Assembly: GCA_016927835.1 (NCBI GenBank)
Contig: JAFGMA010000235.1
Location: 20,580 to 84,579 of the forward strand
Source of the DNA: Candidatus Zhuqueibacterota bacterium
GTDB taxonomy: Bacteria > Zhuqueibacterota > Zhuqueibacteria > Thermofontimicrobiales > Sulfurfontimicrobiaceae
Direction of reading: 5' to 3'
Length of the DNA stretch: 64,000 nt
The notes under the pieces are model-generated. The model was not told where the DNA came from. It searched no databases and saw only the letters and a list, made by a program, of their open reading frames with translations. The translations under genes and the position numbers were made by a program. Below, piece after piece: positions 1 through 9,458 of the stretch; within the stretch, counting starts at the first letter, position 1, and every line of letters begins with the position of its first letter.

Positions 1-353
1 CGCGTGTCCAGATAATCGTCTATCAGGGATGATTGCCCGTCGAGTAAAAAGCAGCGGAACTGCCGATCATTTTCGAGGATCTCGATCACATTGTCCACCA
101 GCTTCACCAGGCGCAGGTTGTGCTGCTCGAAGCTGAAACCCCATTCTTTGTCCCAATGGGTATGCGGAACCACGAAGCAGGTGTATTTTTCCTGCGCCAG
201 CTTCAAAAGTTCTTCATCGGAAAGAGCTTTTGTCCAGGGCAGGTGGCTGGCGTATTGCCGGAGGTGGCTGATATCGGCTTTTTGAGCAAACAATACAACT
301 GAATTCAAAGTCAGCAATCCAGCAAAAAGGTAAAAGAAGTAACGGATGGGCAT
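1..353 (-). CDS. Glycoside hydrolase family 38 (alpha-mannosidase), N-terminal part; runs off the window's left edge
   Basis: Not in the ORF track. Manual translation from ATG at 353 (GGAGG RBS upstream) gives MPIRYFFYLFAGLLTLNSVVLFAQ (signal peptide)...FVVPHTHWDKEWG...FLLDGQSSLIDDYL, containing the GH38 HxHxDxxW and LDGQ motifs. Confidence 0.85.
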   Translation of the reverse strand, partial: MPIRYFFYLFAGLLTLNSVVLFAQKADISHLRQYASHLPWTKALSDEELLKLAQEKYTCFVVPHTHWDKEWGFSFEQHNLRLVKLVDNVIEILENDRQFRCFLLDGQSSLIDDYLDT

Positions 354-523
354 GTTGTCCTCCGGTGATGTTTTGGTTTATTGAGTGGGCGGGGATGATT
401 GATGCCATAATGGCTCCCCCACCCAATCATTGCGGCGGCTAATGTGTCGGAGACACAATAATCTACCAAATTATGGCATTCTTCTTCGTTCCGATTCGAA
501 TGACTTGATCTTTCATTCTGACA

Positions 524-2617
524 CTATTTCTTTTTGAGTCTATCGATTATCGCTCTGGTTGCCTCCGCTCCCGGCTCGATCCCCAGTCGGGTAAATATTT
601 CATTTGCTTCGAGCGCCAGATCGAGCGCGCTCTTTTTATGCTTAAATTGCTCCTCAAGCAATGAAAGCTGCCAAAGAACATACGCTGTATGTTCTTTGCG
701 TCCGGCTTTTCTGGACAGTTCTAATGCATTATTAAATAGCGATTTTGATTCTTTTAAATTTCCCTGGCTTCGTTCTAGCTTTCCCAATCCATAAAGTGCC
801 TGGGATAATCGAATTTCATCCCCTTCAGCATCATATAAATTTTTTGAAAATTCCAATTGAGATCGAGCTTTTTCATTATCCTTCTCATCTAAAAAAGCAA
901 AGTCAAGAGCTCTTCTGAAAAGACCGATTAATAATCTATCATCCGCTTTTTCCGCATACTTTAATCCTTTAAGATAAAAATCCTTCCCATTCTCGACTTC
1001 ATTTGTGTGTATGGCTATATAACCAAGGCTATTCAATACTAAGGCGATTCCGTAATGATCCTCTTGTGCTTCAAAGAACTCAAGGGCTTTATATAACCAA
1101 CCTTTCGCAACCTCATTCTTTCTCTGCCTTGCATACGTCCACCCCAAATCATAAACCATGCAAATCGCCTCTGTTCGGTAATCATGCAATTCCCGGCAGG
1201 CTTTCTGCGCGATATGGCTCAGGCGAATTCTCTCATCCCAATACCCGCGGATCGCCAAAAAATCCGTAATCCACCTTCGGAATTCACGCAGAGCTTCCCA
1301 TTTTTGGTTTTCATGACACCACTCAATGACGGAGAAAATATTTTGCCTTTCTGCTTCAAGCAAATCATAACCGCGCCAGTCAGTGCCCCCATTTTCTTTG
1401 GCGAATTTCAGATAGAATTCTGCCATTCGATGGGCTGTATCAAGTTGGCGTTTCCGGTTCTTCGAAAACCTGGCTGAAGCAAATGATTTTGTCAGCGGAT
1501 GAATGCTATATCTCCTTTTCGAAAGCTCCAACTCATCTGTCACTTCGATGAGCCACATCTGCACCAGTTGCCCCAGGGCGTTGTCCAGATCAAAATGGTG
1601 TACATCGCTCGTGGCTTCAATAGCGGCTTTCGAAGCCGAGATGGAAAAAAGGGTCATCACCATCAAAATAGTCCGGGCATCTTCTGACAGCAGAGACCAG
1701 GAACGCGTGAACATATCTTCAAACACATCACCTGTAGCGCCATGCAAGGCAGCCAATACCGTATCCAATGCCTGTCCCTGCTGTTTGATTTGCCCCATCG
1801 CCCATTTCAGCGCCAACGGAGCACCGCCCGTAGCGGTGTATAGATTCAGCAGCCTGGCATCGTCTGCGGCTTTGATCGCACCCAGATCCAGCCTGACAGC
1901 TTCATTCCGGATTAATTGAAGTGCCTCATCCTGCTCCAGTCCTTTCAACGGTACTTCCCAAGCCTGCCTTAATTTCTGCTCCCGGCTGGTGATCAATGTT
2001 TTTGACGGTTCTGGCAGATGCAAGAGGAAATCTCTAACCTTGTCATCGGTGATGGTCTCAAAATTATCAATCACCAATAAGCAGCGATACTTGCTGAATA
2101 GTTTCAAGATGGACTCTCTTTTCTCTTCCAGGGGCTGCTTCACAATACCGGGATAATCCATTACGCGTGCGATTGTATCCAGAATATCCTTGAGCATCAA
2201 ATCGCGGTCTTTCGCTGTAGTCCAGATGAAGCCATCGAATGTTGGCAGGTCAAGTTCCTGAGCTTTTTTCTGGTCCAGCTTGCTGGCATCCAGACATTCG
2301 TTAGCCACCTCGAGCGCCAGTGACGTTTTACCGATTCCGCCGATTCCATCGATACAAATCAAATATGATCGGGAATTCAGCGCTTCGATGACCCGTGCTT
2401 TTTCGTGCTCCCTGCCGATGAAATTGGTCCTGGAAGGCAGGTTGCCGGGAATTTCTTTCGGTGCAGCCTGGTATGATGTGTCCTCGCGATCTTTTGCTTT
2501 CGCCTTTGACTTCGAGGATGCTCTCGTTTTACTGATGATTTTCGTAATAATAGTAAGAATCAAAGCCACGACTAAACCGCCAATGATCTCCGGTAAGGCG
2601 TTGAAGAGGATGTCCAT
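524..2617 (-). CDS. STAND NTPase (NB-ARC/AP-ATPase type) with N-terminal TM helix and C-terminal TPR array
   Basis: Walker A GIGGIGKT, Walker B LLVIDNFE, LITSR, GGAPLAL, RYSIHPL; TPR-like helices at the C-terminus; hydrophobic N-terminal helix; GAGGTG RBS. Confidence 0.85.
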   Translation of the reverse strand: MDILFNALPEIIGGLVVALILTIITKIISKTRASSKSKAKAKDREDTSYQAAPKEIPGNLPSRTNFIGREHEKARVIEALNSRSYLICIDGIGGIGKTSLALEVANECLDASKLDQKKAQELDLPTFDGFIWTTAKDRDLMLKDILDTIARVMDYPGIVKQPLEEKRESILKLFSKYRCLLVIDNFETITDDKVRDFLLHLPEPSKTLITSREQKLRQAWEVPLKGLEQDEALQLIRNEAVRLDLGAIKAADDARLLNLYTATGGAPLALKWAMGQIKQQGQALDTVLAALHGATGDVFEDMFTRSWSLLSEDARTILMVMTLFSISASKAAIEATSDVHHFDLDNALGQLVQMWLIEVTDELELSKRRYSIHPLTKSFASARFSKNRKRQLDTAHRMAEFYLKFAKENGGTDWRGYDLLEAERQNIFSVIEWCHENQKWEALREFRRWITDFLAIRGYWDERIRLSHIAQKACRELHDYRTEAICMVYDLGWTYARQRKNEVAKGWLYKALEFFEAQEDHYGIALVLNSLGYIAIHTNEVENGKDFYLKGLKYAEKADDRLLIGLFRRALDFAFLDEKDNEKARSQLEFSKNLYDAEGDEIRLSQALYGLGKLERSQGNLKESKSLFNNALELSRKAGRKEHTAYVLWQLSLLEEQFKHKKSALDLALEANEIFTRLGIEPGAEATRAIIDRLKKK

Positions 2618-2971
2618 TGGTCACACCTCATGCTTTAAAAGCCGGTTTGACTTCATTGGCGCACATTTGTCAGTTGTTTCCCCAACTCCTGTGATCGCCA
2701 TTTAAATTATTGTTTGCCGAACGTAAATCAAATATAACTATCAAATTTTCAAATATCCAGTACTATTTTTCGATTTTTACTCGATTAATGAATCCCTCTG
2801 TACGAACAACGGTTATCAAGTTTTCCCTTTCTCCCCCGCCCATTAAATTGACGTAGCATATCTTTTCGTATTAAGATAAATGAATCCTTTCAGGTTCAAT
2901 CACGTATACACAGCATAATCGACAACCTTTCATCGGACCTGCCACACAACAACATGTATTAAATTCCCCCG

Positions 2972-3068
2972 GAATACTGATCGAACGGTTTTAACGGATT
3001 ATAACGGATTTTTATTTACGGCTATGCTGAATCCGTGTAAATCCTTTCGATCAATAAAATCTGTGTTC
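2972..3068. repeat. Intergenic imperfect palindrome built of short units (REP-like)
   Basis: TGATCGAA/TTCGATCA and repeated ACGGATT/AATCCGT arms. Confidence 0.55.
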
Positions 3069-3128
3069 TATTTTTTTGATAATGAAATCAAGACCTTTCA
3101 ATCATAACAAAAGTCAGGAGATTGTGAG

Positions 3129-4634
3129 ATGAAACATCAAATCAACCATTGGCGGCGATTGCCAGGCGTTATCGTGCTAATCGCTGCAATTTTATTCTTT
3201 TGCCAGGGGGATGCCAAAACCAACGATATGAGGGATAGTTTAGATTTCGAAAGCAAACTTGACAGCTATATTCAACAGGTGATGGAAACACACGAAATTC
3301 CCGGATTGGCGATTGGTATTATAAAACATGCTGAACTTAAATACGCAAAAGGCTTCGGGGTTAAAAGTATCAAGACATACGAGCCGGTCACAACCAAATC
3401 ATTATTCCACACTGCGTCGGTGTCCAAACCATTTTTGGCAACCGCCATCATGCAGCTAGCCGAAAGGGGGAAACTAAACATCGATGATTCGGTTGTCAGG
3501 CATCTCCCGTATTTCAAGCTCAACGATGACCGGTACAGAAAAATCACTTTGCACCAATTGCTCACGCATACTTCCGGGCTGCCGGATATCCGCGACTATC
3601 ACTGGGATCAACCGGAATACGATGACGAATCGCTGGAGCGCTATGTGCGCAATTTGCAAGATGTGGAGCTCTTGTTCGACCCGGGGAAGCGCTGGTCGTA
3701 CAGCAATATGGCGTTCGAGATACTGGGCGATGTGATCGCAAAGGTATCCGGTCAAAATTTCGAGGCGTATATCGAGAATAATATTTTAATACCGTTGGAA
3801 ATGCAATCGAGCACCTTTCTCAAAACGGAAGCCGCTGAGGAGCTATGCACCTGTCCCCACGTGTTTAAACTAATCCCGTCTACATCCGGAACCTATCCAT
3901 ATCATCGCGCGCATGCACCGAGCTCAAACCTGTATTCAAATGTAATAGATCTGGCAAAATGGGCGATTGCTAATCTGAATCGCGGCGTATATCGAGAGCA
4001 AACCCTACTACTCGCATCGACCTATAACAGTCTCTGGGAAAATCAAACAGACATCGGGAACAACGAAGGAATCGGTTATAGTTGGTTTCTGGGAAAGCAC
4101 CGTGGTCGGCAAACTGTCTGGCATGGTGGACGTGACACCGGATTCTGTTCGCAATTCGTGATGCTCCCGGAAGATTCATCAGCGGTAATTTTGCTGTGTA
4201 ATTATGATTGTGCTCCATTGGACGCAATCAAAGATGCGCTGCTCGATCTCATGGCGGGGTATGAGCCCGTTTCGCCCAAAACGCCGATGATCATCCCTCT
4301 GGGAAAATGCCTGCTGGAAAATGATATCCAGGCGACAATCGCGCTCTACAAGGAGTTGCGATCGAATCGGCTTTATCAGTACAATTTCCAGGAAGAACAA
4401 TTGAATTTTTTAGGGTATCAGCTTCTTGGCATGAACAGAACTTCTGATGCAGTGGAAATTTTCAAATTGAATGCCGAAACGTATCCCGATGCATTCAATA
4501 CGTACGATAGCCTGGGTGAAGCCTACATGGTTTTGGGAAATAATAAATCCGCGATCAAAAATTATGAAAAATCATTGAAATTGAATCCTCAAAATCTGAA
4601 TGCGATTGAGAAATTGAAAGCGCTCCGGAAATAA
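3129..4634 (+). CDS. Secreted serine hydrolase (class C beta-lactamase/CubicO family) with C-terminal TPR
   Basis: SxxK (ASVSK), LLTHTSGL, YSN and HGG motifs; C-terminal TPR (YDSLGEAY); signal peptide; AGGAG RBS. Confidence 0.9.
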   Translation: MKHQINHWRRLPGVIVLIAAILFFCQGDAKTNDMRDSLDFESKLDSYIQQVMETHEIPGLAIGIIKHAELKYAKGFGVKSIKTYEPVTTKSLFHTASVSKPFLATAIMQLAERGKLNIDDSVVRHLPYFKLNDDRYRKITLHQLLTHTSGLPDIRDYHWDQPEYDDESLERYVRNLQDVELLFDPGKRWSYSNMAFEILGDVIAKVSGQNFEAYIENNILIPLEMQSSTFLKTEAAEELCTCPHVFKLIPSTSGTYPYHRAHAPSSNLYSNVIDLAKWAIANLNRGVYREQTLLLASTYNSLWENQTDIGNNEGIGYSWFLGKHRGRQTVWHGGRDTGFCSQFVMLPEDSSAVILLCNYDCAPLDAIKDALLDLMAGYEPVSPKTPMIIPLGKCLLENDIQATIALYKELRSNRLYQYNFQEEQLNFLGYQLLGMNRTSDAVEIFKLNAETYPDAFNTYDSLGEAYMVLGNNKSAIKNYEKSLKLNPQNLNAIEKLKALRK

Positions 4635-4665
4635 TTGTGAGGGGGTGCGGCTACAGCATTTTAAA

Positions 4666-4751
4666 AACCACTAATTGCACCAATAAGCACGAATCTGGAC
4701 AAATTAAGTCCAATAAAATCAATTAGTGAAAATTAGTGAAATTCGTGGGTT
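4666..4751. repeat. Intergenic palindrome of ~10-nt units (CACTAAT/CACGAAT ... ATTAGTG/ATTCGTG)
   Basis: Left arm aaccactaattgcaccaataagcacgaat; right arm aattagtgaaaattagtgaaattcgtgggtt. Confidence 0.6.
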
Positions 4752-5216
4752 GACTCTTTTTCGAGTGGACTCATTCATAAAATGTATAAGTCCTTATGGT
4801 AGGCTTTATAGAAGCAGAACTATCCAAATCTTGGACTTACAGGATTGCCATAATCATAAGTCAAAGATTGGTAGTCATCCCTTTTGCCTTTTCAGTAAAA
4901 CAGGTTATTGTTTTTTATATTTTAAAAGTCGCATAAAAAGAGCTACACCCATTTTGAGGCATGCGTTGAAGCCAGTTGCCAAGCCATCCCCGCAGCTATT
5001 CGGCGAAGCAAAATCCTGATCCCTCTTGAATATCAATCCTCACCAATCCGCTCCCATAAAGTAGCGCCCGCTTGCACGTAGATCTCCTTTGAACTTTGAT
5101 TCCTCCTGTGACGTACAAGACATATTTTCCGAAATCCGCGAATTTAATTGATTACTAGAATAGCCGTTCTACATCATTCGCTCTGGCAGCGATTGAGCCT
5201 TCATTCCGGAGTTATC

Positions 5217-7442
5217 ATGATTGATTTGAGAAATCGAGCTTGGCTGGCTTGGCTGCAAAAAGTTGATCCGTTTTCCGCCGGATACCTCGGCTGCGAATCA
5301 CCGCACCACACGATACGCCTGGGCACTGGCTTGCGGGAATTCTGGGCAGCGATGGAACCGATTATTGAACAGGGAGACCGCATTGTTGGCAGGATGGGAG
5401 TTTTTGGCATCGGCGGATTTCGCTATGGCTCTGGTATTTTCTGCGACGCCGATTTGGCTGAGCAATTGAAACAGCAACATCCTCAATGGACAGCGCACCT
5501 CGATGCATTGGTCACTTTCTGGAAATCTCTGGAGCCCGGCAGTCGGTTGCATTACCCTGCGGATCGCCAATGCGAAGATGAATCTTTGATGAGCGGATTG
5601 AATGTTTACTGGGCTGGCTGGGGCGGGCATACCGTCCTCGGTTTCGATCAGGTGCTGGCAGAAGGATTGGAAGGTATCCGCGATTCGATTCACGCCGCGC
5701 AAAAAAACGAAATGAATCAGGAAAAGCACGCGTTCCGCGACGCGTTGCTGCGTGTGTGCGACGGCATCGAAAGGTTTGCGCTGAATTATGCCCGAGCCGC
5801 AAGGGCATTGGCAGCCGCGGAAACGCACGAAATCCGGAAAGCGGAATTACTGGCGATTGCCGGGCGCTGCCGACAAGTTCCCGGCAGGGGTGCGCGCAAT
5901 TTTACCGAGGCGCTGCAATCATTCTGGTTCATCCATCTGCTGGATGGCACTGATTCGCCCGGCAGATTTGATCAATTCATGTATCCTTTTTACCAAAAAG
6001 ATGTGGCTGAAAACCGGCTCACTCAAACTGAATGCCAGGACTGGATCGATCACCTGTGGAAGCGGTTCAATGACACGCGTTCGTGGAATGTATGCGTCGG
6101 CGGCGTTAAATCTGATGGCGAGGATGGTACTAATCCGCTGACATTTATGGCGCTGGAAGCCACCCGCCGCTACCGGAAAGTGGCACCGAATCTCTCGCTG
6201 CGCTTCCACAGCGGTGCGGAAACCGCGCAGAATCAACAGCTCTGGAATAAAGCGCTGGAAGTCATCGAAACCGGCGTAGGCATGCCCGCGCTTTACAACG
6301 ATGAGGTGATCGTTCCGGCGCTAATGCGCTATGATATCCCTGAGACCGATGTTCGCGATTACGCCATGAACGGCTGCAGTCAGGTCGATATTCAGGGACG
6401 CTCACACATGGGACTGGAAGATGGAGAATTGAATTTGCTGAAATGCCTTGAACTGGCACTGCATGATGGCTTTGATCCGCACACCCAATATCAGTTGGGA
6501 TCCCAAACCGGCGATCCGCGCGAATTCCAGAATTTTGACGCGCTGTGGCAGGCGTATACGCAACAGGTGGAATTTTTCACTGCGCGCATGCTTAACGCCG
6601 CAAACCTGGTTCAACAGGCGCATGCGGAAACTTCCCCGAATCTATTCCGATCGCTATTCGTCAAGGACTGTATCGCAGAAGGGGTTGATTTCAAAGCCGG
6701 GGGTGCACGCTATAATCACGGTCAAATCCTGACGCAGGGCATCGCCAATACCGCCGATGCGCTGGCAGTGATTCAAAAACTGATATTCGAAGACCGGCGC
6801 ATCACAATGGATGAATTGCTGCTGGCGATGAGGAATAATTTCCCGAATGAATCATTCCGGCAGATGCTGATCAAGGCGGTTCCCAAGTACGGCAACGATG
6901 ACCCGGTTGTCGATCAATTGGCGGCGCGCATCATCGATCACTTCTTCAGGCATTTGAATCGCTATCGAACCTGGCGCGGCGGAATCTACGGCGGCGGCTC
7001 CATCGTTTTCGTCAGAGCGCCTATTTTCGGCGCAAAAGTCGGCGCCACACCCGATGGGCGCAAAGCCGGAACACCACTGGCTGATTCTGTGGGACCATCG
7101 CAGGGTTTCGATACCAACGGTCCAACTGCCATGTTCAATTCGGTAGCGCGCATACCCCAGGTTCTGGCGCAGAGCACGTATGTATTGAATGTTAAATTCA
7201 CTCCGCAGGTTCTCCATAAAAACCGGGAAAAAATTATTTCATTACTCAAAACCTATTTCCGGAACGGCGGGCAGCAAATTCAGGTGAATGTGATCGATAA
7301 ATCCACATTGATTCAGGCGAAGGAAAATCCGCAGCAGTATGAAAACCTGGTAGTCCGCGTCGGTGGTTACAGCGATTATTTCGTGCGGCTTTCGCCGGAA
7401 TTGCAGGAAGACATCATCGCGCGAACGGAGCAGGTGCTGTAG
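5217..7442 (+). CDS. Glycyl radical enzyme (PFL superfamily), substrate unknown
   Basis: C-terminal glycyl loop LVVRVGGYSDYF, GRFDQFMYPFY, PKYGNDD, GATPDGR and Cys loop NGCSQ. ATG 5217 with GGAG RBS is preferred over the track start at 5148. Confidence 0.92.
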   Translation: MIDLRNRAWLAWLQKVDPFSAGYLGCESPHHTIRLGTGLREFWAAMEPIIEQGDRIVGRMGVFGIGGFRYGSGIFCDADLAEQLKQQHPQWTAHLDALVTFWKSLEPGSRLHYPADRQCEDESLMSGLNVYWAGWGGHTVLGFDQVLAEGLEGIRDSIHAAQKNEMNQEKHAFRDALLRVCDGIERFALNYARAARALAAAETHEIRKAELLAIAGRCRQVPGRGARNFTEALQSFWFIHLLDGTDSPGRFDQFMYPFYQKDVAENRLTQTECQDWIDHLWKRFNDTRSWNVCVGGVKSDGEDGTNPLTFMALEATRRYRKVAPNLSLRFHSGAETAQNQQLWNKALEVIETGVGMPALYNDEVIVPALMRYDIPETDVRDYAMNGCSQVDIQGRSHMGLEDGELNLLKCLELALHDGFDPHTQYQLGSQTGDPREFQNFDALWQAYTQQVEFFTARMLNAANLVQQAHAETSPNLFRSLFVKDCIAEGVDFKAGGARYNHGQILTQGIANTADALAVIQKLIFEDRRITMDELLLAMRNNFPNESFRQMLIKAVPKYGNDDPVVDQLAARIIDHFFRHLNRYRTWRGGIYGGGSIVFVRAPIFGAKVGATPDGRKAGTPLADSVGPSQGFDTNGPTAMFNSVARIPQVLAQSTYVLNVKFTPQVLHKNREKIISLLKTYFRNGGQQIQVNVIDKSTLIQAKENPQQYENLVVRVGGYSDYFVRLSPELQEDIIARTEQVL

Positions 7443-7504
7443 GATTCGTCTGAAAATTGCTTCCTGCAAAGGCATTCAGACAAGACAAATAGCACTTCAT
7501 GAAA

Positions 7505-9262
7505 TTATGAGGTGCTGCGCGAAGCATCAACCGGCTTTTGTATCGCTCCAGGCTTGCAGACCTGCCGGCATACATCGCAGCCGATGCAGAGCAGGCGGTT
7601 GATGCGCGTTTTCCCTGACTCCGCTTTTTCGACGGCAGGACAGCCCACCCGGAAACACATCCGGCACTCGATGCATTTTTCTTCATCCACCCAATATGGC
7701 TCACTGAACCGCTTTCGGGCGCGAATGATGCAGGGTGCATCGGCAATGATGACCGAAGGCTCCGCCGCCGCCATTTCCTGCTTCAGCACTCGAATGACGT
7801 CATCCAGACTATATGGATCCACCCGCACGACGCGCTTCACACCAATCGCCTGGCACACCGCCTCAAGATCGAGCTTGTGCGTTTGCTCGCGGGAGAGGGT
7901 CATGCCGCTCCCCGGATGTTCCTGATGACCGGTCATGGCAGTGATATGGTTATCCAGAATGCACAGTTTGGTATGCGCTTTATTATAAATAACATCAATC
8001 AGACCGGTGATTCCCGAATGAATGAATGTCGAATCGCCGATGACACCGATGAGCTTGCCCTTCATTTGCTCCGGATTCGCTTTTTCAAGTCCCTCCGCGA
8101 TGCCCACGCTGGCGCCCATGTCCAGACAGGTATCCATGCATGACAATGGCGGCAAGGCAGCCAGCGTATAGCAACCGATATCTCCGGTGACCGTCAGCCG
8201 CAATTTTTTCATCGCATAAAACACCCCGCGATGCGAGCACCCCGGACAGAGTACGGGCGGTCGAACCGGGATCGGATTCGATTTTAGCGCAGCGGTTTTT
8301 CCTCTTTGACGGTCAAACGCTTCGGCAATAATATCCTGGCTCAATTCATACAGCAGGGGCAATTTTTCTTTGCCGGTAACCGCGATTCCCATCGCCCTAA
8401 TTTGTTCTTCCAGGAACGGATCAAGTTCTTCAATCACATAAATTTTGCTGACAGCCCGGGCAAATTCCCGGATCAGTCGCTTCGGCATGGGATGAGTCAT
8501 CCCGATTTTTAAAAACGATGCATCGGGAAAAGCTTCACGCGCATACTGATAGGCAATCCCGCTGGTAATGATTCCCAACTCTTTCGAAGCCCATTCAACC
8601 CGGTTGAATTCGGCGGAATTCGCGGATTCAGCCAGCCGTTGCATTCGGTCTTCCACGAAGACATGCCGCTGTCGGGCGTTTGATGGCAACAACACGTTTT
8701 TGGGAAAATTGCTTTCATACTTGCGGATTGGGGATTCAAGCCGCTCGCTCAGGGTAACCACGCTTTTGGAATGGTTGATGCGCGTTGTTGTGCGTATTAG
8801 AACCGGTGTATCGAATTCCTCGCTGACCTGAAATGCCAGTCTCACGAATTCTTTGGCTTCCTGGCTATCGGCTGGTTCGAACATCGGGACTTTTGCAGCG
8901 CGGGCATACCAGCGATTATCCTGTTCATTTTGTGAAGAGTGCATCGCCGGATCGTCAGCGGAAACAACCACCAATCCGCCATTCACCCCCATATATGAAG
9001 CGCTGAAAAAAGGATCAGCCGCAACATTCAATCCCACATGCTTCATCGCTGCCAGGGAGCGCGCCCCGCCAAGAGCAGCACCAATGGCAACCTCCAGGGC
9101 AACTTTTTCATTTGGCGCCCATTGCGCTCTGATTTGCTCATATTGCGTGATATTTTCCAAAATTTCCGTGCTGGGCGTGCCGGGATAAGCCGCCGCAAAT
9201 GATGCCCCGGATTCGTAAGCGCCCCGCGCGATTGCTTCATTACCTGATAATAATGCTTTCAT
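7505..9262 (-). CDS. iorA: Indolepyruvate ferredoxin oxidoreductase alpha subunit
   Basis: LLSGNEAIARG, YPGTPSTE, MKHVGLNVAAD, SSQNEQD, LCPGCSHR, GDSTFIHSG, and a C-terminal 2x[4Fe-4S] domain. Start refined to MKALL at 9262. Confidence 0.93.
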   Translation of the reverse strand: MKALLSGNEAIARGAYESGASFAAAYPGTPSTEILENITQYEQIRAQWAPNEKVALEVAIGAALGGARSLAAMKHVGLNVAADPFFSASYMGVNGGLVVVSADDPAMHSSQNEQDNRWYARAAKVPMFEPADSQEAKEFVRLAFQVSEEFDTPVLIRTTTRINHSKSVVTLSERLESPIRKYESNFPKNVLLPSNARQRHVFVEDRMQRLAESANSAEFNRVEWASKELGIITSGIAYQYAREAFPDASFLKIGMTHPMPKRLIREFARAVSKIYVIEELDPFLEEQIRAMGIAVTGKEKLPLLYELSQDIIAEAFDRQRGKTAALKSNPIPVRPPVLCPGCSHRGVFYAMKKLRLTVTGDIGCYTLAALPPLSCMDTCLDMGASVGIAEGLEKANPEQMKGKLIGVIGDSTFIHSGITGLIDVIYNKAHTKLCILDNHITAMTGHQEHPGSGMTLSREQTHKLDLEAVCQAIGVKRVVRVDPYSLDDVIRVLKQEMAAAEPSVIIADAPCIIRARKRFSEPYWVDEEKCIECRMCFRVGCPAVEKAESGKTRINRLLCIGCDVCRQVCKPGAIQKPVDASRSTS

Positions 9263-9458
9263 GATACTCCCCGATACAATGATTCCGCTCAATTCTAAAT
9301 TGGCTATTAATAAACTTCCAGATTCTTCTGTAACCAGCGCTGATGCTTCAGAGTGAACGCCCCTTATCGATTTCACGACTCGCATCGCATAAAGACGATG
9401 CACTCCGAAATGTTTAAATTATACCCATTCGAAGTACAAAACCGATCACCTGCATTGG

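Noticed and set aside
3129-4634. Antibiotic-resistance beta-lactamase
   Set aside because: Motifs only show membership of the broad serine hydrolase family; the TPR fusion is common and activity cannot be inferred.
4780-5216. Riboswitch or ncRNA upstream of the GRE
   Set aside because: No recognisable aptamer consensus by eye; would need an Rfam scan.
5217-7442. Calling the GRE pyruvate formate-lyase (pflB)
   Set aside because: It lacks the adjacent Cys-Cys pair required by PFL.
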